Assembly: GCF_044704955.1 (NCBI RefSeq)
Contig: NC_091995.1
Location: 54,808,001 to 54,872,000 of the forward strand
Direction of reading: 5' to 3'
Origin: Pristiophorus japonicus
Lineage: Eukaryota
DNA length: 64,000 nt
Of this stretch, positions 14,225 through 32,200 are shown one piece after another. A program made the position numbers and the translations under genes. The first letter of the stretch is position 1. Every line of letters begins with the position of its first letter. The notes below the pieces were generated by a model, which was not told the DNA's origin, did not search any database, and worked only from the letters and a program-made list of their open reading frames with translations.

Positions 14225-17200
14225 CTCACACCACCCGATCCCACTCACACCACTCGATCCCACTCACACCACTCGATCCCACGCACACCACCCGATCCCA
14301 CTCACATCACCCAATCCCACTCACACCACCCGATCCCACTCACATCACCCGATTCCACTCACATCACCCAATCCCACTCACACCAGCCGATCCCACTCAC
14401 ATCACCCGATCCCACTCACACCACCCGATCCCACTAACACCACCCGATCCCACTCACATCACTCGATCCCACTCACACCACCCAATCCCATTCACACCAC
14501 CGGATCCCACTCACACCACCCGATCCCACTCACATCACCCGATCCCACTCACATCACCCAATCCCACTCACACCACCTGATCCCACTCACATCACCCGAT
14601 CCCACTCACATCACCCGATCCCACTCACATCACTCGATCCCACTCACACCACCCGATCCCACTCACACCACCCGATCCCACTAACACCGCCCGATCCCAC
14701 TCACACTGCCCGATCCCACTCACACCGCTCGATCCCACTCACACCACCCGATCCAACTCACACCACCCGATCCCACTCACTCAAACACCACCCGATCCCA
14801 CTCACACCACCCGATCCCACTCACACCACCCGATCCCACTCACACTACTCGATCCCACTCACACCACCCGATCCCACTCGCTCACACATCACCCGATCCC
14901 ACTCACACCACCCGATCCCACTCACTCACACACCACTCAATCCCACTCACACCACCCGATCCCACTCACACCACCCAATCCCACTCACACCACCCGATCC
15001 CACTCACTCACACACCACTCAATCCCGCTCACACCACCCGATCCCACTCACACCACCCGATCCCACTCACACCACCCGATCCCACTCACACCATCTGATC
15101 CCACTCACTCACACACCACTCAATCCCGCTCACACCACTCAATCCCACTCACACCACCCGATCCCACTCACACCACCCGTTCCCACTCACACCACCCGAT
15201 CCCACTCACTCACGTACCACTCGATCCCACTCACACCACCTGATCCTACACACGGCACCCGATCCCACTCACGCCACCCGATCCATCTCACACTACCCGA
15301 TCCCACTCACACCACCCAATCCCACTCACTCACACAGCACTCGATCCCACACACACCACCCGATCCCACTCACACCACCCGATCCCACTCACATCACCCG
15401 ATCCCACTCACACCATCTGATCCCACTCACTCACACACCACTCAATCCCGCTCACACCACTCAATCCCACTCACACCACCCGATCCCACTCACACCACCC
15501 GATCCCACTCACACCATCTGATCCCACTCACTCACACACCACTCAATCCCGCTCACACCACTCAATCCCACTCACACCACCCGATCCCACTCACACCACC
15601 CGTTCCCACTCACACCACCCGATCCCACTCACTCACGTACCACTCGATCCCACTCACACCACCTGATCCTACACACGGCACCCGATCCCACTCACGCCAC
15701 CCGATCCATCTCACACTACCCGATCCCACTCACACCACCCAATCCCACTCACTCACACAGCACTCGATCCCACACACACCACCCGATCCCACTCACATCA
15801 CCCGATCCCACTCACACTGCCCGATCCCACTCACACCGCCCGATCCCACTCACACCACCCGATCCAACTCAGACCACCCAATCCCACTCACTCACACAGC
15901 ACTCGATCCCACACACACCACCCGATCCCACTCACACCACCCGATCCAACTCAGACCACCCAATCCCACTCACTCACACAGCACTCGATCCCACACACAC
16001 CACTCGATCCCACACACACCACCCGATCCCACTCACATCACCCGATCCCACTCACATCACCCGATCCCACTCACACCACCCGATCCCACTCACACCACCC
16101 GATCCCACTAACACCACCCGATCCCACTCACATCACCCGATCCCACTCACTCAAACACCCCCCGATCCCACTCACACCACCCGATCCCACTAACACCACC
16201 CGATCCCACTCACACCACCCGATCCCACTCACTCACACACCACTCAATCACAGTCACACCACCCGATCCCACTCACACCACCCGATCCCACTCACTCACA
16301 CACCACTCAATCCCACTCACACCACCCGATCCCACTCACACCACCCAATCCCACTCACACCACCCGATCCCACTCACTCACACACCACTCAATCCCACTC
16401 ACACCACCCGATCCCACTCACACCACCCGATCCCACTCACTCACACACCATTCAATCCCACTCACACCACCCGATCCCACTCACACCACCCGATCCCACT
16501 CACACCATCTGATCCCACTCACTCACACAGCACTCAATCCCACTCACACTACCCGATCCCACTCACACCACCCAATCCCACTCACACTACCCGATCCCAC
16601 TCACACCACCCAATCCCACTCACACCACCCGATCCCACTCACTCAAACACCACTCAATCCCACTCACACCACCCGATCCCACTCACACCACCCGATCCCA
16701 CTCACTCACACACCACTCAATCCCACTCACACCACCCGATCCCACTCACACCACCCAATCACACTCACACCACCCGATCCCACTCACTAGAACATCACCC
16801 GATCCCACTCACTCACACACCACCCAATCCCACTCAGCACCGGATCCCACTCACTCACACATCACCCGATTCCACTCACACCACCCGATCCCATTCACAC
16901 CACCGGTACCCACTCACTCACACATCACCCGATCCCACTCACTCAAACACCACCCGATCCCACTCACACCACCCGATCCCACTCACACCACCCGATCCCA
17001 CTCACACCACCCAATCCCACTCACTCACACACGACTCTATCCCACTCACACCACCCAATCCCACTCACACCACCCGATCCCACTCACTCAAACACCACCC
17101 GATCCCACTCACACTACCCGATCCCACTCACATCACTCGATCCCACTCACACCACCCGATCCCACTCGCTCACACATCACCCGATCCCACTCACACCACC

Positions 17201-20200
17201 CGATCCCACTCACTCACACACCACTCAATCCCACTCACACCACCCGATCCCACTCACACCACCCGATCCCACTCACACCACCCGATCCCACTCACTCACA
17301 CACCACTCAATCCCACTCACACCACTCAATCCCACTCACACCACCCGATCTAACTCACACCACCCAATCCCACTCACACCATCTGATCCCACTCACTCAC
17401 ACACCACTCAATCCCACTCACACGACCCGATCCCACTCACACCACCCAATCCCACTCACACCACCCAATCCCACTCACACCACCCGATCCCACTCACTCA
17501 AACACCACCGGATCCCACTCACACCACCCGATCCCACTCACACCACCCGATCCCACTCACTCACATACTACTCGATCCCATTCACACCACCTGATCCCAC
17601 TCACGGCACCCGATCCCACTCACGCCACCCGATCCCACTCACACTACCCGATCCCACTCACACCACCCAATCCCACTCACTCACACAGCACTCGATCCCA
17701 CACACACCACCCGATCCCACTCACGCCACCCGATCCCACTCACACCACCCGATCCCACTCACATCACCCGATCTCACTCACATCATCCGATCCCACTAAC
17801 ACCACACGATCCCACTCACACCACCCGATCCCACTCACACCACCCGATCCAACTCACACCACCCGATCCCACTCACACAAACACCCCCCGATCCCACTCA
17901 CATCACCCGATCCCACTCACACCACCCGATCCCACTCACATCACCCGATCCCACTCACACCACCCGATCCCACTCACATCACCCGATCCCACTCACACCA
18001 CCCGATCCCACTCACTCACACGTGACTCTATCCAACTCACACCACCCGATCCCACTCACAGCACCCGATCCCACTCACTCAAACACCACCCGATCCCACT
18101 CACACCACCCGATCCCACTCATACCACCCGATCCCACTCACGCCACCCAATCCCACTCACTCACACACGACTCTATCCCACTCACACCACCCAATCCCAC
18201 TCACACCACCCGATCCCACTCACTCAAACACCACCCGATCCCACTCACACCACCCGATCCCACTCACACCACCCGATCCCACTCACACTACTCGGTCCCA
18301 CTCACACCACCTGATCCCACTCGCTCACACATCACCCGATCCCACTCACACCACCCGATCCCACTCACACCACCCGATCCCACTCACACTACTCGATCCC
18401 ACTCACACCACCTGATCCCACTCGCTCACACATCACCCGATCCCACTCACACCACCCGATCCCACTCACTCACACACCACTCAATCCCACTCACACCACC
18501 CGATCCCACTCACACCACCCGATCCCACTCACTCACACACCACTCAATCCCACTCACACCACCCGATCCCACTCACACCACCCAATCCCACTCACACCAC
18601 CCGATCCCACTCACTCACACACCATTCAATCCCACTCACACTACCCGATCCCACTCACACCACCCGATCCCACTCACACCATCTGATCCCACTCACTCAC
18701 ACAGCACTCAATCCCACTCACACTACCCGATCCCACTCACACCACCCAATCCCACTCACACTACCCGATCCCACTCACACCACCCAATCCCACTCACACC
18801 ATCCGATCCCACTCACTCAGACACCACCGGATCCCACTCACACCACCCGATCCCACTCACACCACCCAATCCCACTCACACTACTCGATCCCAATCATAC
18901 GACCTGATCCCACTCACGGCACCCGATCCCACTCACGCCACCCGATCCCACTCACACTACCTGATCCCACTCACACCACCCAATCCCACTCACTCACACA
19001 GCACTCGATCCCACTCACTCAAACACCACCCGATCCCACTCACACCACCCGATCCCACTCACACCACCTGATCACATTCACTCAAACACCACCCGATCCC
19101 ACTCACACCACCCAATCCCACTCACACCACCCGATCCCACTCACACTACTCGATCCCACTCACACCACCCGATCCCACTCGTTCACACATCACCCGATCC
19201 CACTCACGCCACCCGATCCCACTCACTCACACACCACTCAATCCCACTCACACCACCCGATCCCACTCACACCACCCGATCCCACTCACTCACACACCAC
19301 CAGATCCCACTCACACCACCCGATCCCACTCACACCACCTGATCCCACTCACACTACCCGATCCCACTCACTCAAACACCCCCCGATCCCACTCACACCA
19401 CCCGATCCCACTCACACCACCCGATCCCACTCACACCACCCGATCCCACTCACATCACCCGATCCCACTCACGCCACCCGATCCCACTCACACCACCCGA
19501 TCCCACTCACTCAAACACCCCCCGATCCCACTCACACCACCCGATCCCACTCACACCACCCGATCCCACTCACACCACCCGCTCCCACTCACATCACCCG
19601 ATCCCACTAACACCACCCGATCCCACTAACACCACCCGTTCCCACTCACACTACCCGAACCCACTCACACACCCGATCCCTCTAACACCACCCGATCCAA
19701 CTCACACCACCCGATCCCACTCACAGCACCCGATCCCACTCACTCAAACACCACCTGATCCCACTCACACCACCCGATCCCACTCACACCACCCGATCCC
19801 ACTCACGCCACCCAATCCCACTCACGCCACCCAATCCCACTCACTCACACACGACTCTATCCCACTCACACCACCCAATCCCACTCACACCACCCGATCC
19901 CACTCACTCAAACACCACCCGATCCCACTCACACCACCCGATCCCACTCACACCACCCGATCCCACTCACACTACTCGATCCCACTCACACCACCTGATC
20001 CCACTCGCTCACACATCACCCGATCCCACTCACACCACCCGATCCCACTCACTAACACACCACCCAATCCCACTCACACTACCCGATCCCACTCACACCA
20101 CCCGATCCCACTCACTCACACACCACTCAATCCCACTCACACCACCCGATCCCACTCACACCACCCAATCCCACTCACACCACCCGATCCCAGTCACTCA

Positions 20201-23200
20201 CACACCATTCAATCCCACTCACACCACCCGATGCCACTCACACCACCCGATGCCACTCACACCATCTGATCCCACTCACTCACACAGCACTCAATCCCAC
20301 TCACACTACCCGATCCCACTCACACCACCCAATCCCACTCACACCACCCGATCCCACTCACACCACCCAATCCCACTCACACCACCCGATCCCACTCACT
20401 CAGACACCACCGGATCCCACTCACACCACCCGATCCCACTCACTCAGACACCACCGGATCCCACTCACACCACCCGATCCCACTCACACCACCCGATCCC
20501 ACTCACTCACATACCACTCGATCCCACTCACACCACCTGATCCCACTCACGGCACCCGTTCCCACTCACGGCACCCGATCCCACTCACACTACTCGATCC
20601 CACTCACACCACCCGATCCCACTCACTCACACATCACCCGATCCCACTCACGCCACCTGATCCCACTCACTCACACACCACTCAATCCCACTCACACCAC
20701 CCGATCCCACTCACACCACCCGATCCCACTCACTCAAACACCACCGGATCCCACTCACACCACCCGATCCCACTCACACCACCTGATCCCACTCGCGGCA
20801 CCCGATCCCACTCACGCCACCCGATCCCACTCACACTACCCGATCCCACTCACACAACCCAATCCCACTCACTCACACAGCACTCGATCCCACTCACGCC
20901 ACCCGATCCCACTCACACCACCCGATCCCACTCACTAGAACATCACCCGATCCCACTCACTCACACACCACCCAATCCCACTCACAGCACCGGATCCCAC
21001 TCACTCACACATCACCCGGTTCCACTCACACCACCCGATTCCATGCACACCACCGGATCCCACTCACTCACACATCACCCGATCCCACTCACTCACACAC
21101 CACCCGATCCCACTCATGCCACCCGATCCCACTCATACCACCTGATCCCACTCACACCACCCGATCTCACTCACAGCACCCGATCCCACTCACTCACACA
21201 CCACTCAATCACACTCACACCACCCGATCCCACTCACACCACCCGATCCCACTCACACCACCCGATCCCACTCACTCACACACCACTCAATCACACTCAC
21301 ACCACCCGATCCCACTCACACCATCTGATCCCACTCACTCACACACCACTCAATCCCACTCACACTACCCGATCCCACTCACACCACCCAATCCCACTCA
21401 CACTACCCGATCCCACTCACACCACCCAATCCCACTCACACTACCCGATCCCACTCACACCACCCGATCCCACTCACTCACACACCACTCAATCCCACTC
21501 ACACCACCCGATCCCACTCACACCACCCAATCCCACTCACACCACCCGAACCCACTCACTCACACACCACTCAATCCCACTCACACCACCCGATCCCACT
21601 CACACCACCCGATCCCACTCACTCACACACCACTCAATCCCACTCACACCACCCGATCCCACTCACACCACCCGATCCCACTCACACCATCTGATCCCAC
21701 ACACTCACACACCACTCAATCCCACTCACACTACCCGATCCCACTCACACCACCCAATCCCACTCACACAATCCAATCCCACTCACTCACACAGCACTCG
21801 ACCCACTCACACCACCCGATCCCACTCACACCACCCGATCCCACTCACACCACCCGATCCCACTCACATCACGCGATCCCACTCACACCACCCGATCCCA
21901 CTCACACCACCGGATCCCACTCACACCACCCGATCCCACTCACACCACCCGATCCCACTCAGTCACATACCACTCGATCCCACTCACACCACCTGATCCC
22001 ACTCGCGGCACCCGATCCCACTCACACCACCCGATCCCACTCACACTACGCGATCCCACTCACACAATCCAATCCCACTCACTCACACAGCACTCGACCC
22101 ACTCACACCACCCGATCCCACTCACACCACCCGATCCCACTCACACCACCCGATCCCACTCACATCACGCGATCCCACTCACACCACCCGATCCCACTCA
22201 CACCACCCGATCCCACTCACACACCCCGATCCCACTCACATCACCCGATCCCACTCACACCACCCGATCCCACTCACACCACCCGATCCCACTCACACCA
22301 CCCGATCCCACTCATACCACCCGATCCCACTCACGCCACCCGATCCCACTCACTAGAACATCACCCGATCCCACTCACTCACACACCACCCAATCCCACT
22401 CACACCACCCGATCCCACTCACTCACATACCACTCGATCCCACTCACACCACCTGATCCCACTCGCGGCACCCGATCCCACTCACACCACCCGATCCCAC
22501 TCACACATCACCCGATCCCACTCACACCACCCGATCCCACTCACTCACACACCACTCAATCCCACTCACACCACCCGATCCCACTCACACCACCGGATCA
22601 CACTCACTCACACACCACTCAATCCCACTCACACCACCCGATCCCACTCACACCACCCAATCCCACTCACACCACCCGATCCCACTCACTCACACACCAC
22701 TCAATCCCACTCACACCACCCGATCCCACTCACACCACCCGATCGCACTCACTCACACACCACTCAATCCCACTCACACCACCCGATCCCACTCACACCA
22801 CCCGATCCCACTCACACCATCTGATCCCACTCACTCACACACCACTCAATCCCACTCACACTACCCGATCCCACTCACACCACCCAATCCCACTCACACT
22901 ACCCGATCCCACTCACACCACCCAATCCCACTCACATCACTCGATCCCACTCACTCAAACACCACCGGATCCCACTCACACCACCCGATCCCACTCACAC
23001 CACCTGATCCCACTCACTCACATACCACTCGATCCCACTCACACCACCTGATCCCACTCACGGCACCCGATCCCACTCACACCACCCGATCCCACTCACA
23101 CTACCCGATCCCACTCACATCACCCAATCCCACTCACTCACATAGCACTCGATCCCACTCACACCACCCAATCCCACTCACACTACCCGATCCCACTCAC

Positions 23201-26200
23201 ACCACCCAATCCCACTCACACCACCCGATCCCACTCACTCAAACACCACCGGATCCCACTCACACCACCCGATCCCACTCACACCACCCGATCCCACTCA
23301 CTCACATACCACTCGATCCCACTCACACCACCCAATCCCACTCACATCACCCGATCCCACTCACATCACCCGATCCCACTAACACCGCCCAATCCTACTC
23401 ACGCTGCCCGATCCCACTCACACCGCCCGATCCCACTCACACCACCCGATCCCACTCACGTCACATGATCCCACGAACGCCACACGATCCCACTAACACC
23501 AGCCGATCCCACTCACATCACCCGATCCCACTCACATCACCCGATCCCACTAACACCGCCCAATCCTACTCACACTGCCCGATCCCACTCACACCACCCG
23601 ATCCAACTCACACCACCCGATCCCTCTCACTCAAACACCACCCGATCCCACTCACACCACCCGATCCCACTCACACCACCCGATCCCACTCACATCACAT
23701 GATCCCACGAACGCCACACGATCCCACTAACACCAGCCGATCCCACTCACATCACCCGATCCCACTCACGCCACCCAATCCCACTCACTCACACACGACT
23801 CTATCCCACTCACACCACCCAATCCCACTCACACCACCCGATCCCACTCACTCAAACACCACCCGATCCCACTCACACCACCCGATCCCACTCACACCAC
23901 CCGATCCCACTCACTCAAACACCACCGATCCCACTCACACTACCCGATCCCACTCACATCACCCGATCCCACTCACACCACCCGATTCCATTCACTCAAA
24001 CATCACCCGATCCCACTCACACCACCCAATCCCACTCACTCACACACCACTCAATCCCACTCACACCACCCGATCCCACTCACACCAACCGATCCCACTC
24101 ACTCACACACCACTCAATCCCACTCACACCACCCGATCCCACTCACACCACCCAATGCCACTCACACCACCCGATCCCACTCACACCACCCAATCCCACT
24201 CACACCACCCGATCCCACTCACTCACACACCACTCAATCCCACTCACACCACCCGATCCCACTCACACCACCCGATCCCACTCACTAGAACATCACCCGA
24301 TCCCACTCACTCACACACCACCCAATCCCACTCACAGCACCGGATCCCACTCACTCACACATCACCCGATTCCACTCACACCACCCGATCCCATTCACAC
24401 CACCGGATCCCACTCACTCACACATCACCCGATCCCACTCACTCACACACCACTCGATTCCACTCATGCCGCCCGATCCCACTAATACCACCTGATCCCA
24501 CTCACACCACCCGATCTCGCTCACAGCACCCGATCCCACTCGCTCACACATCACCCGATCCCACTCACACCACCCGATCCCACTCACTCACACACCACTC
24601 AATCCCACTCACACCACCCGATCCCACTCACACCACCCGATCCCACTCACTCACACACCACTCAATCACACTCACACCACCCGATCCCACTCACACCACC
24701 CGATCCCACTCACACCACCCGATCCCACTCACTCACATACCACTCGATCCCACTCACACCACCTGATCCCACTCACGGCACCCGATCCCACTCACACCAC
24801 CCGATCCCATTCACACTACCCGATCCCACTCACATCACCCAATCCCATTCACTCACATAGCACTCGATCCCACACACACCACCTGATCCCACTCACACCA
24901 CCCGATCCCACTCAAACCACCCGATCCCACTCACACCACCCGATCCCACTCACACCACCCGATCCCACTCACACCATCTGATCCCACTCACTCACACACC
25001 ACTCAATCCCACTCACACTACCCGATCCCACTCACACCACCCAATCCCACTCACACCACCCGATCCCACTCACTCAAACACCACCAGATCCCACTCACAC
25101 CACCCGATCCCACTCACTCACACACCACTCAATCCCACTCACACCACCCGATCCCACTCACACCACCCGATCCCACTCACTCACACACCACTCAATCCCA
25201 CTCACACCACCCGATCTCACTCACACCACCCGATCCCACTCACACTACCCGATCCCACTCACACCACCCAATCCCACTCACACCACCCGATCCCACTCAC
25301 TCAAACACCACCGGATCCCACTCACACCACCCGATCCCACTCACACCACCCGATCCCACTCACTCACATATCACTCGATCCCACTCACACCACCCGATCC
25401 CACTCACACCACCCGATCCCACTCACATCACCCGGTCCCACTCACACCACCCGATCCCACTCACACCACCCGATCCCACTCACACCACCCGGTCCCACTC
25501 ACACCACCCGATCCCACTCACACCACCCGATCCCACTCACTAGAACATCACCCGATCCCACTCACTCACACACCACCCAATCCCACTCACAGCACCGGAT
25601 CCCACTCACTCACACATCACCCGATTCCACTCACACCACCCGATCCCATTCACACCACCGGATCCCACTCACTCACACATCACGCGATCCCACTCACTCA
25701 CACACCACTCGATTCCACTCATGCCACCCGATCCCACTCATACCACCTGATCCCACTCACACCACCCGATCTCGCTCACAGCACCCGATCCCACTCGCTC
25801 ACACATCACCCGATCCCACTCACACCACCCGATCCCACTCACTCACACACCACTCAATCCCACTCACACCACCCGATCCCACTCACACCACCCGATCCCA
25901 CTCACTCACACACCACTCAATCACACTCACACCACCCGATCCCACTCACACCACCCGATCCCACTCACACCACCCGATCCCACTCACTCACATACCACTC
26001 GATCCCACTCACACCACCTGATCCCACTCACGGCACCCGATCCCACTCACACCACCCGATCCCATTCACACTACCCGATCCCACTCACATCACCCAATCC
26101 CATTCACTCACATAGCACTCGATCCCACACACACCACCTGATCCCACTCACACCACCCGATCCCACTCAAACCACCCGATCCCACTCACAACACCCGATC

Positions 26201-29200
26201 CCACTCACATCACCCGATCCCACTAACACCGCCCGATCCCACTCACACTGCCCGATCCCACTCACACCGCCCGATCCCACTCACACCACCGATCCAACTC
26301 ACACCACCCGATCCCTCTCACTCAAACACCACCCGATCCCACTCACACCACCCGATCCCACTCACACCACCCTATTCCACTCACATCACACGATCCCACG
26401 AACACCACCCGATCCCACTAACACCACCCGATCCCACTCACACTACCCGATCCCACTCACACCAAACGATCCCACTCACACCACCCGATCCCACTCACAG
26501 CACCCGATCCCACTCACTCAAACACCACCCGATCCCACTCACACCACCCAATCCCACTCACACCACCCGATCCCACTCACACCACCCAATCCCACTCACA
26601 CCACTCAATCCCACTCACTCAAACACCACCGATCCCACTCACACCACCCGATCCCACTCACACCACCCGATCCCACTCACACCACCCGATTCCATTCACT
26701 CAAACACCACCCGATCCCACTCACACCACCCGTTCACACTCACACCACCCGATCCCACTCACTCACACACCACTCAATCCCACTCACACCACCCGATCCC
26801 ACTCACACCACCCAATCCCACTCACACCACCCGATCCCACTCACTCACACACCACCGGATCCCACTCACACCACCCGATCCCACTCACACCACCCAATCC
26901 CACTCACACCACCCGATCCCACTCACTCACACACCACTCAATCCCACTCACACCACCCGATCCCACTCACACCACCCAATCCCACTCACACTACCCGATC
27001 CCACTCACACCACCCAATCCCACTCACACCACCCGATCCCACTCACTCAAACACCACCGGATCCCACTCACACCACCCGATCCCACTCACACCACCCGAT
27101 CCCACTCACTCACATACCACTCGATCCCACTCACACCACCTGATCCCACTCACGGCACCCGATCCCACTCACGCCACCCGATCCCACTCACACTACCCGA
27201 TCCCACTCACTCACACACCACTCAATCCCACTCACACCACCCGATCCCACTCACACCACCCAATCCCACTCACACCATCTGATCCCACTCACTCACACAC
27301 CACTCAATCCCACTCACACCACCCGATCCCACTCACTCAAACACCCCCCGATCCCACTCACACCACCCGATCCCACTCACACCACCCGATCCCACTCACA
27401 CCACCCGCTCCCACTCACATCACCCGATCCCACTAACACCACCCGATCCCACTAACACCACCCGTTCCCACTCACACTACCCGAACCCACTCACACACCC
27501 GATCCCTCTAACACCACCCGATCCAACTCACACCACCCGATCCCACTCACAGCACCCGATCCCACTCACTCAAACACCACCTGATCCCACTCACACCACC
27601 CGATCCCACTCACACCACCCGATCCCACTCACGCCACCCAATCCCACTCACGCCACCCAATCCCACTCACTCACACACGACTCTATCCCACTCACACCAC
27701 CCAATCCCACTCACACCACCCGATCCCACTCACTCAAACACCACCCGATCCCACTCACACCACCCGATCCCACTCACACCACCCGATCCCACTCACACTA
27801 CTCGATCCCACTCACACCACCTGATCCCACTCGCTCACACATCACCCGATCCCACTCACACCACCCGATCCCACTCACTCACACACCACCCAATCCCACT
27901 CACACTACCCGATCCCACTCACACCACCCGATCCCACTCACTCACACACCACTCAATCCCACTCACACCACCCGATCCCACTCACACCACCCAATCCCAC
28001 TCACACCACCCGATCCCAGTCACTCACACACCATTCAATCCCACTCACACCACCCGATGCCACTCACACCACCCGATGCCACTCACACCATCTGATCCCA
28101 CTCACTCACACAGCACTCAATCCCACTCACACTACCCGATCCCACTCACACCACCCAATCCCACTCACACTACCCGATCCCACTCACACCACCCAATCCC
28201 ACTCACACCACCCGATCCCACTCACTCAGACACCACCGGATCCCACTCACACCACCCGATCCCACTCACTCAGACACCACCGGATCCCACTCACACCACC
28301 CGATCCCACTCACACCACCCGATCCCACTCACTCACATACCACTCGATCCCACTCACACCACCTGATCCCACTCACGGCACCCGTTCCCACTCACGGCAC
28401 CCGATCCCACTCACACTACTCGATCCCACTCACACCACCCGATCCCACTCACTCACACATCACCCGATCCCACTCACGCCACCTGATCCCACTCACTCAC
28501 ACACCACTCAATCCCACTCACACCACCCGATCCCACTCACACCACCCGATCCCACTCACTCAAACACCACCGGATCCCACTCACACCACCCGATCCCACT
28601 CACACCACCTGATCCCACTCGCGGCACCCGATCCCACTCACGCCACCCGATCCCACTCACACTACCCGATCCCACTCACACAACCCAATCCCACTCACTC
28701 ACACAGCACTCGATCCCACTCACGCCACCCGATCCCACTCACACCACCCGATCCCACTCACTAGAACATCACCCGATCCCACTCACTCACACACCACCCA
28801 ATCCCACTCACAGCACCGGATCCCACTCACTCACACATCACCCGGTTCCACTCACACCACCCGATTCCATGCACACCACCGGATCCCACTCACTCACACA
28901 TCACCCGATCCCACTCACTCACACACCACCCGATCCCACTCATGCCACCCGATCCCACTCATACCACCTGATCCCACTCACACCACCCGATCTCACTCAC
29001 AGCACCCGATCCCACTCACTCACACACCACTCAATCACACTCACACCACCCGATCCCACTCACACCACCCGATCCCACTCACACCACCCGATCCCACTCA
29101 CTCACACACCACTCAATCACACTCACACCACCCGATCCCACTCACACCATCTGATCCCACTCACTCACACACCACTCAATCCCACTCACACTACCCGATC

Positions 29201-32200
29201 CCACTCACACCACCCAATCCCACTCACACTACCCGATCCCACTCACACCACCCAATCCCACTCACACTACCCGATCCCACTCACACCACCCGATCCCACT
29301 CACTCACACACCACTCAATCCCACTCACACCACCCGATCCCACTCACACCACCCAATCCCACTCACACCACCCGAACCCACTCACTCACACACCACTCAA
29401 TCCCACTCACACCACCCGATCCCACTCACACCACCCGATCCCACTCACTCACACACCACTCAATCCCACTCACACCACCCGATCCCACTCACACCACCCG
29501 ATCCCACTCACACCATCTGATCCCACACACTCACACACCACTCAATCCCACTCACACTACCCGATCCCACTCACACCACCCAATCCCACTCACACCACCC
29601 GATCCCACTCAGTCACATACCACTCGATCCCACTCACACCACCTGATCCCACTCGCGGCACCCGATCCCACTCACACCACCCGATCCCACTCACACTACG
29701 CGATCCCACTCACACAATCCAATCCCACTCACTCACACAGCACTCGACCCACTCACACCACCCGATCCCACTCACACCACCCGATCCCACTCACACCACC
29801 CGATCCCACTCACATCACGCGATCCCACTCACACCACCCGATCCCACTCACACTACCCGATCCCACTCACACCACCCGATCCCACTCACACACCCCGATC
29901 CCACTCACATCACCCGATCCCACTCACACCACCCGATCCCACTCACACCACCCGATCCCACTCATACCACCCGATCCCACTCACGCCACCCGATCCCACT
30001 CACTAGAACATCACCCGATCCCACTCACTCACACACCACCCAATCCCACTCACACCACCCGATCCCACTCACTCACATACCACTCGATCCCACTCACACC
30101 ACCTGATCCCACTCGCGGCACCCGATCCCACTCACACCACCCGATCCCACTCACACATCACCCGATCCCACTCACACCACCCGATCCCACTCACTCACAC
30201 ACCACTCAATCCCACTCACACCACCCGATCCCACTCACACCACCGGATCACACTCACTCACACACCACTCAATCCCACTCACACCACCCGATCCCACTCA
30301 CACCACCCAATCCCACTCACACCACCCGATCCCACTCACTCACACACCACTCAATCCCACTCACACCACCCGATCCCACTCACACCACCCGATCCCACTC
30401 ACTCACACACCACTCAATCCCACTCACACCACCCGATCCCACTCACACCACCGGATCACACTCACTCACACACCACTCAATCCCACTCACACCACCCGAT
30501 CCCACTCACACCACCCAATCCCACTCACACCACCCGATCCCACTCACTCACACACCACTCAATCCCACTCACACCACCCGATCCCACTCACACCACCCGA
30601 TCGCACTCACTCACACACCACTCAATCCCACTCACACCACCCGATCCCACTCACACCACCCGATCCCACTCACACCATCTGATCCCACTCACTCACACAC
30701 CACTCAATCCCACTCACACTACCCGATCCCACTCACACCACCCAATCCCACTCACACTACCCGATCCCACTCACACCACCCAATCCCACTCACATCACTC
30801 GATCCCACTCACTCAAACACCACCGGATCCCACTCACACCACCCGATCCCACTCACACCACCTGATCCCACTCACTCACATACCACTCGATCCCACTCAC
30901 ACCACCTGATCCCACTCACGGCACCCGATCCCACTCACACCACCCGATCCCACTCACACTACCCGATCCCACTCACATCACCCAATCCCACTCACTCACA
31001 TAGCACTCGATCCCACTCACACCACCCAATCCCACTCACACTACCCGATCCCACTCACACCACCCAATCCCACTCACACCACCCGATCCCACTCACTCAA
31101 ACACCACCGGATCCCACTCACACCACCCGATCCCACTCACACCACCCGATCCCACTCACTCACATACCACTCGATCCCACTCACACCACCCAATCCCACT
31201 CACATCACCCGATCCCACTCACATCACCCGATCCCACTAACACCGCCCAATCCTACTCACGCTGCCCGATCCCACTCACACCGCCCGATCCCACTCACAC
31301 CACCCGATCCCACTCACGTCACATGATCCCACGAACGCCACACGATCCCACTAACACCAGCCGATCCCACTCACATCACCCGATCCCACTCACATCACCC
31401 GATCCCACTAACACCGCCCAATCCTACTCACACTGCCCGATCCCACTCACACCACCCGATCCAACTCACACCACCTGATCCCTCTCACTCAAACACCACC
31501 CGATCCCACTCACACCACCCGATCCCACTCACACCACCCGATCCCACTCACATCACATGATCCCACGAACGCCACACGATCCCACTAACACCAGCCGATC
31601 CCACTCACATCACCCGATCCCACTCACGCCACCCAATCCCACTCACTCACACACGACTCTATCCCACTCACACCACCCAATCCCACTCACACCACCCGAT
31701 CCCACTCACTCAAACACCACCCGATCCCACTCACACCACCCGATCCCACTCACACCACCCGATCCCACTCACTCAAACACCACCGATCCCACTCACACTA
31801 CCCGATCCCACTCACATCACCCGATCCCACTCACACCACCCGATTCCATTCACTCAAACATCACCCGATCCCACTCACACCACCCAATCCCACTCACTCA
31901 CACACCACTCAATCCCACTCACACCACCCGATCCCACTCACACCAACCGATCCCACTCACTCACACACCACTCAATCCCACTCACACCACCCGATCCCAC
32001 TCACACCACCCAATGCCACTCACACCACCCGATCCCACTCACACCACCCAATCCCACTCACACCACCCGATCCCACTCACTCACACACCACTCAATCCCA
32101 CTCACACCACCCGATCCCACTCACACCACCCGATCCCACTCACTAGAACATCACCCGATCCCACTCACTCACACACCACCCAATCCCACTCACAGCACCG

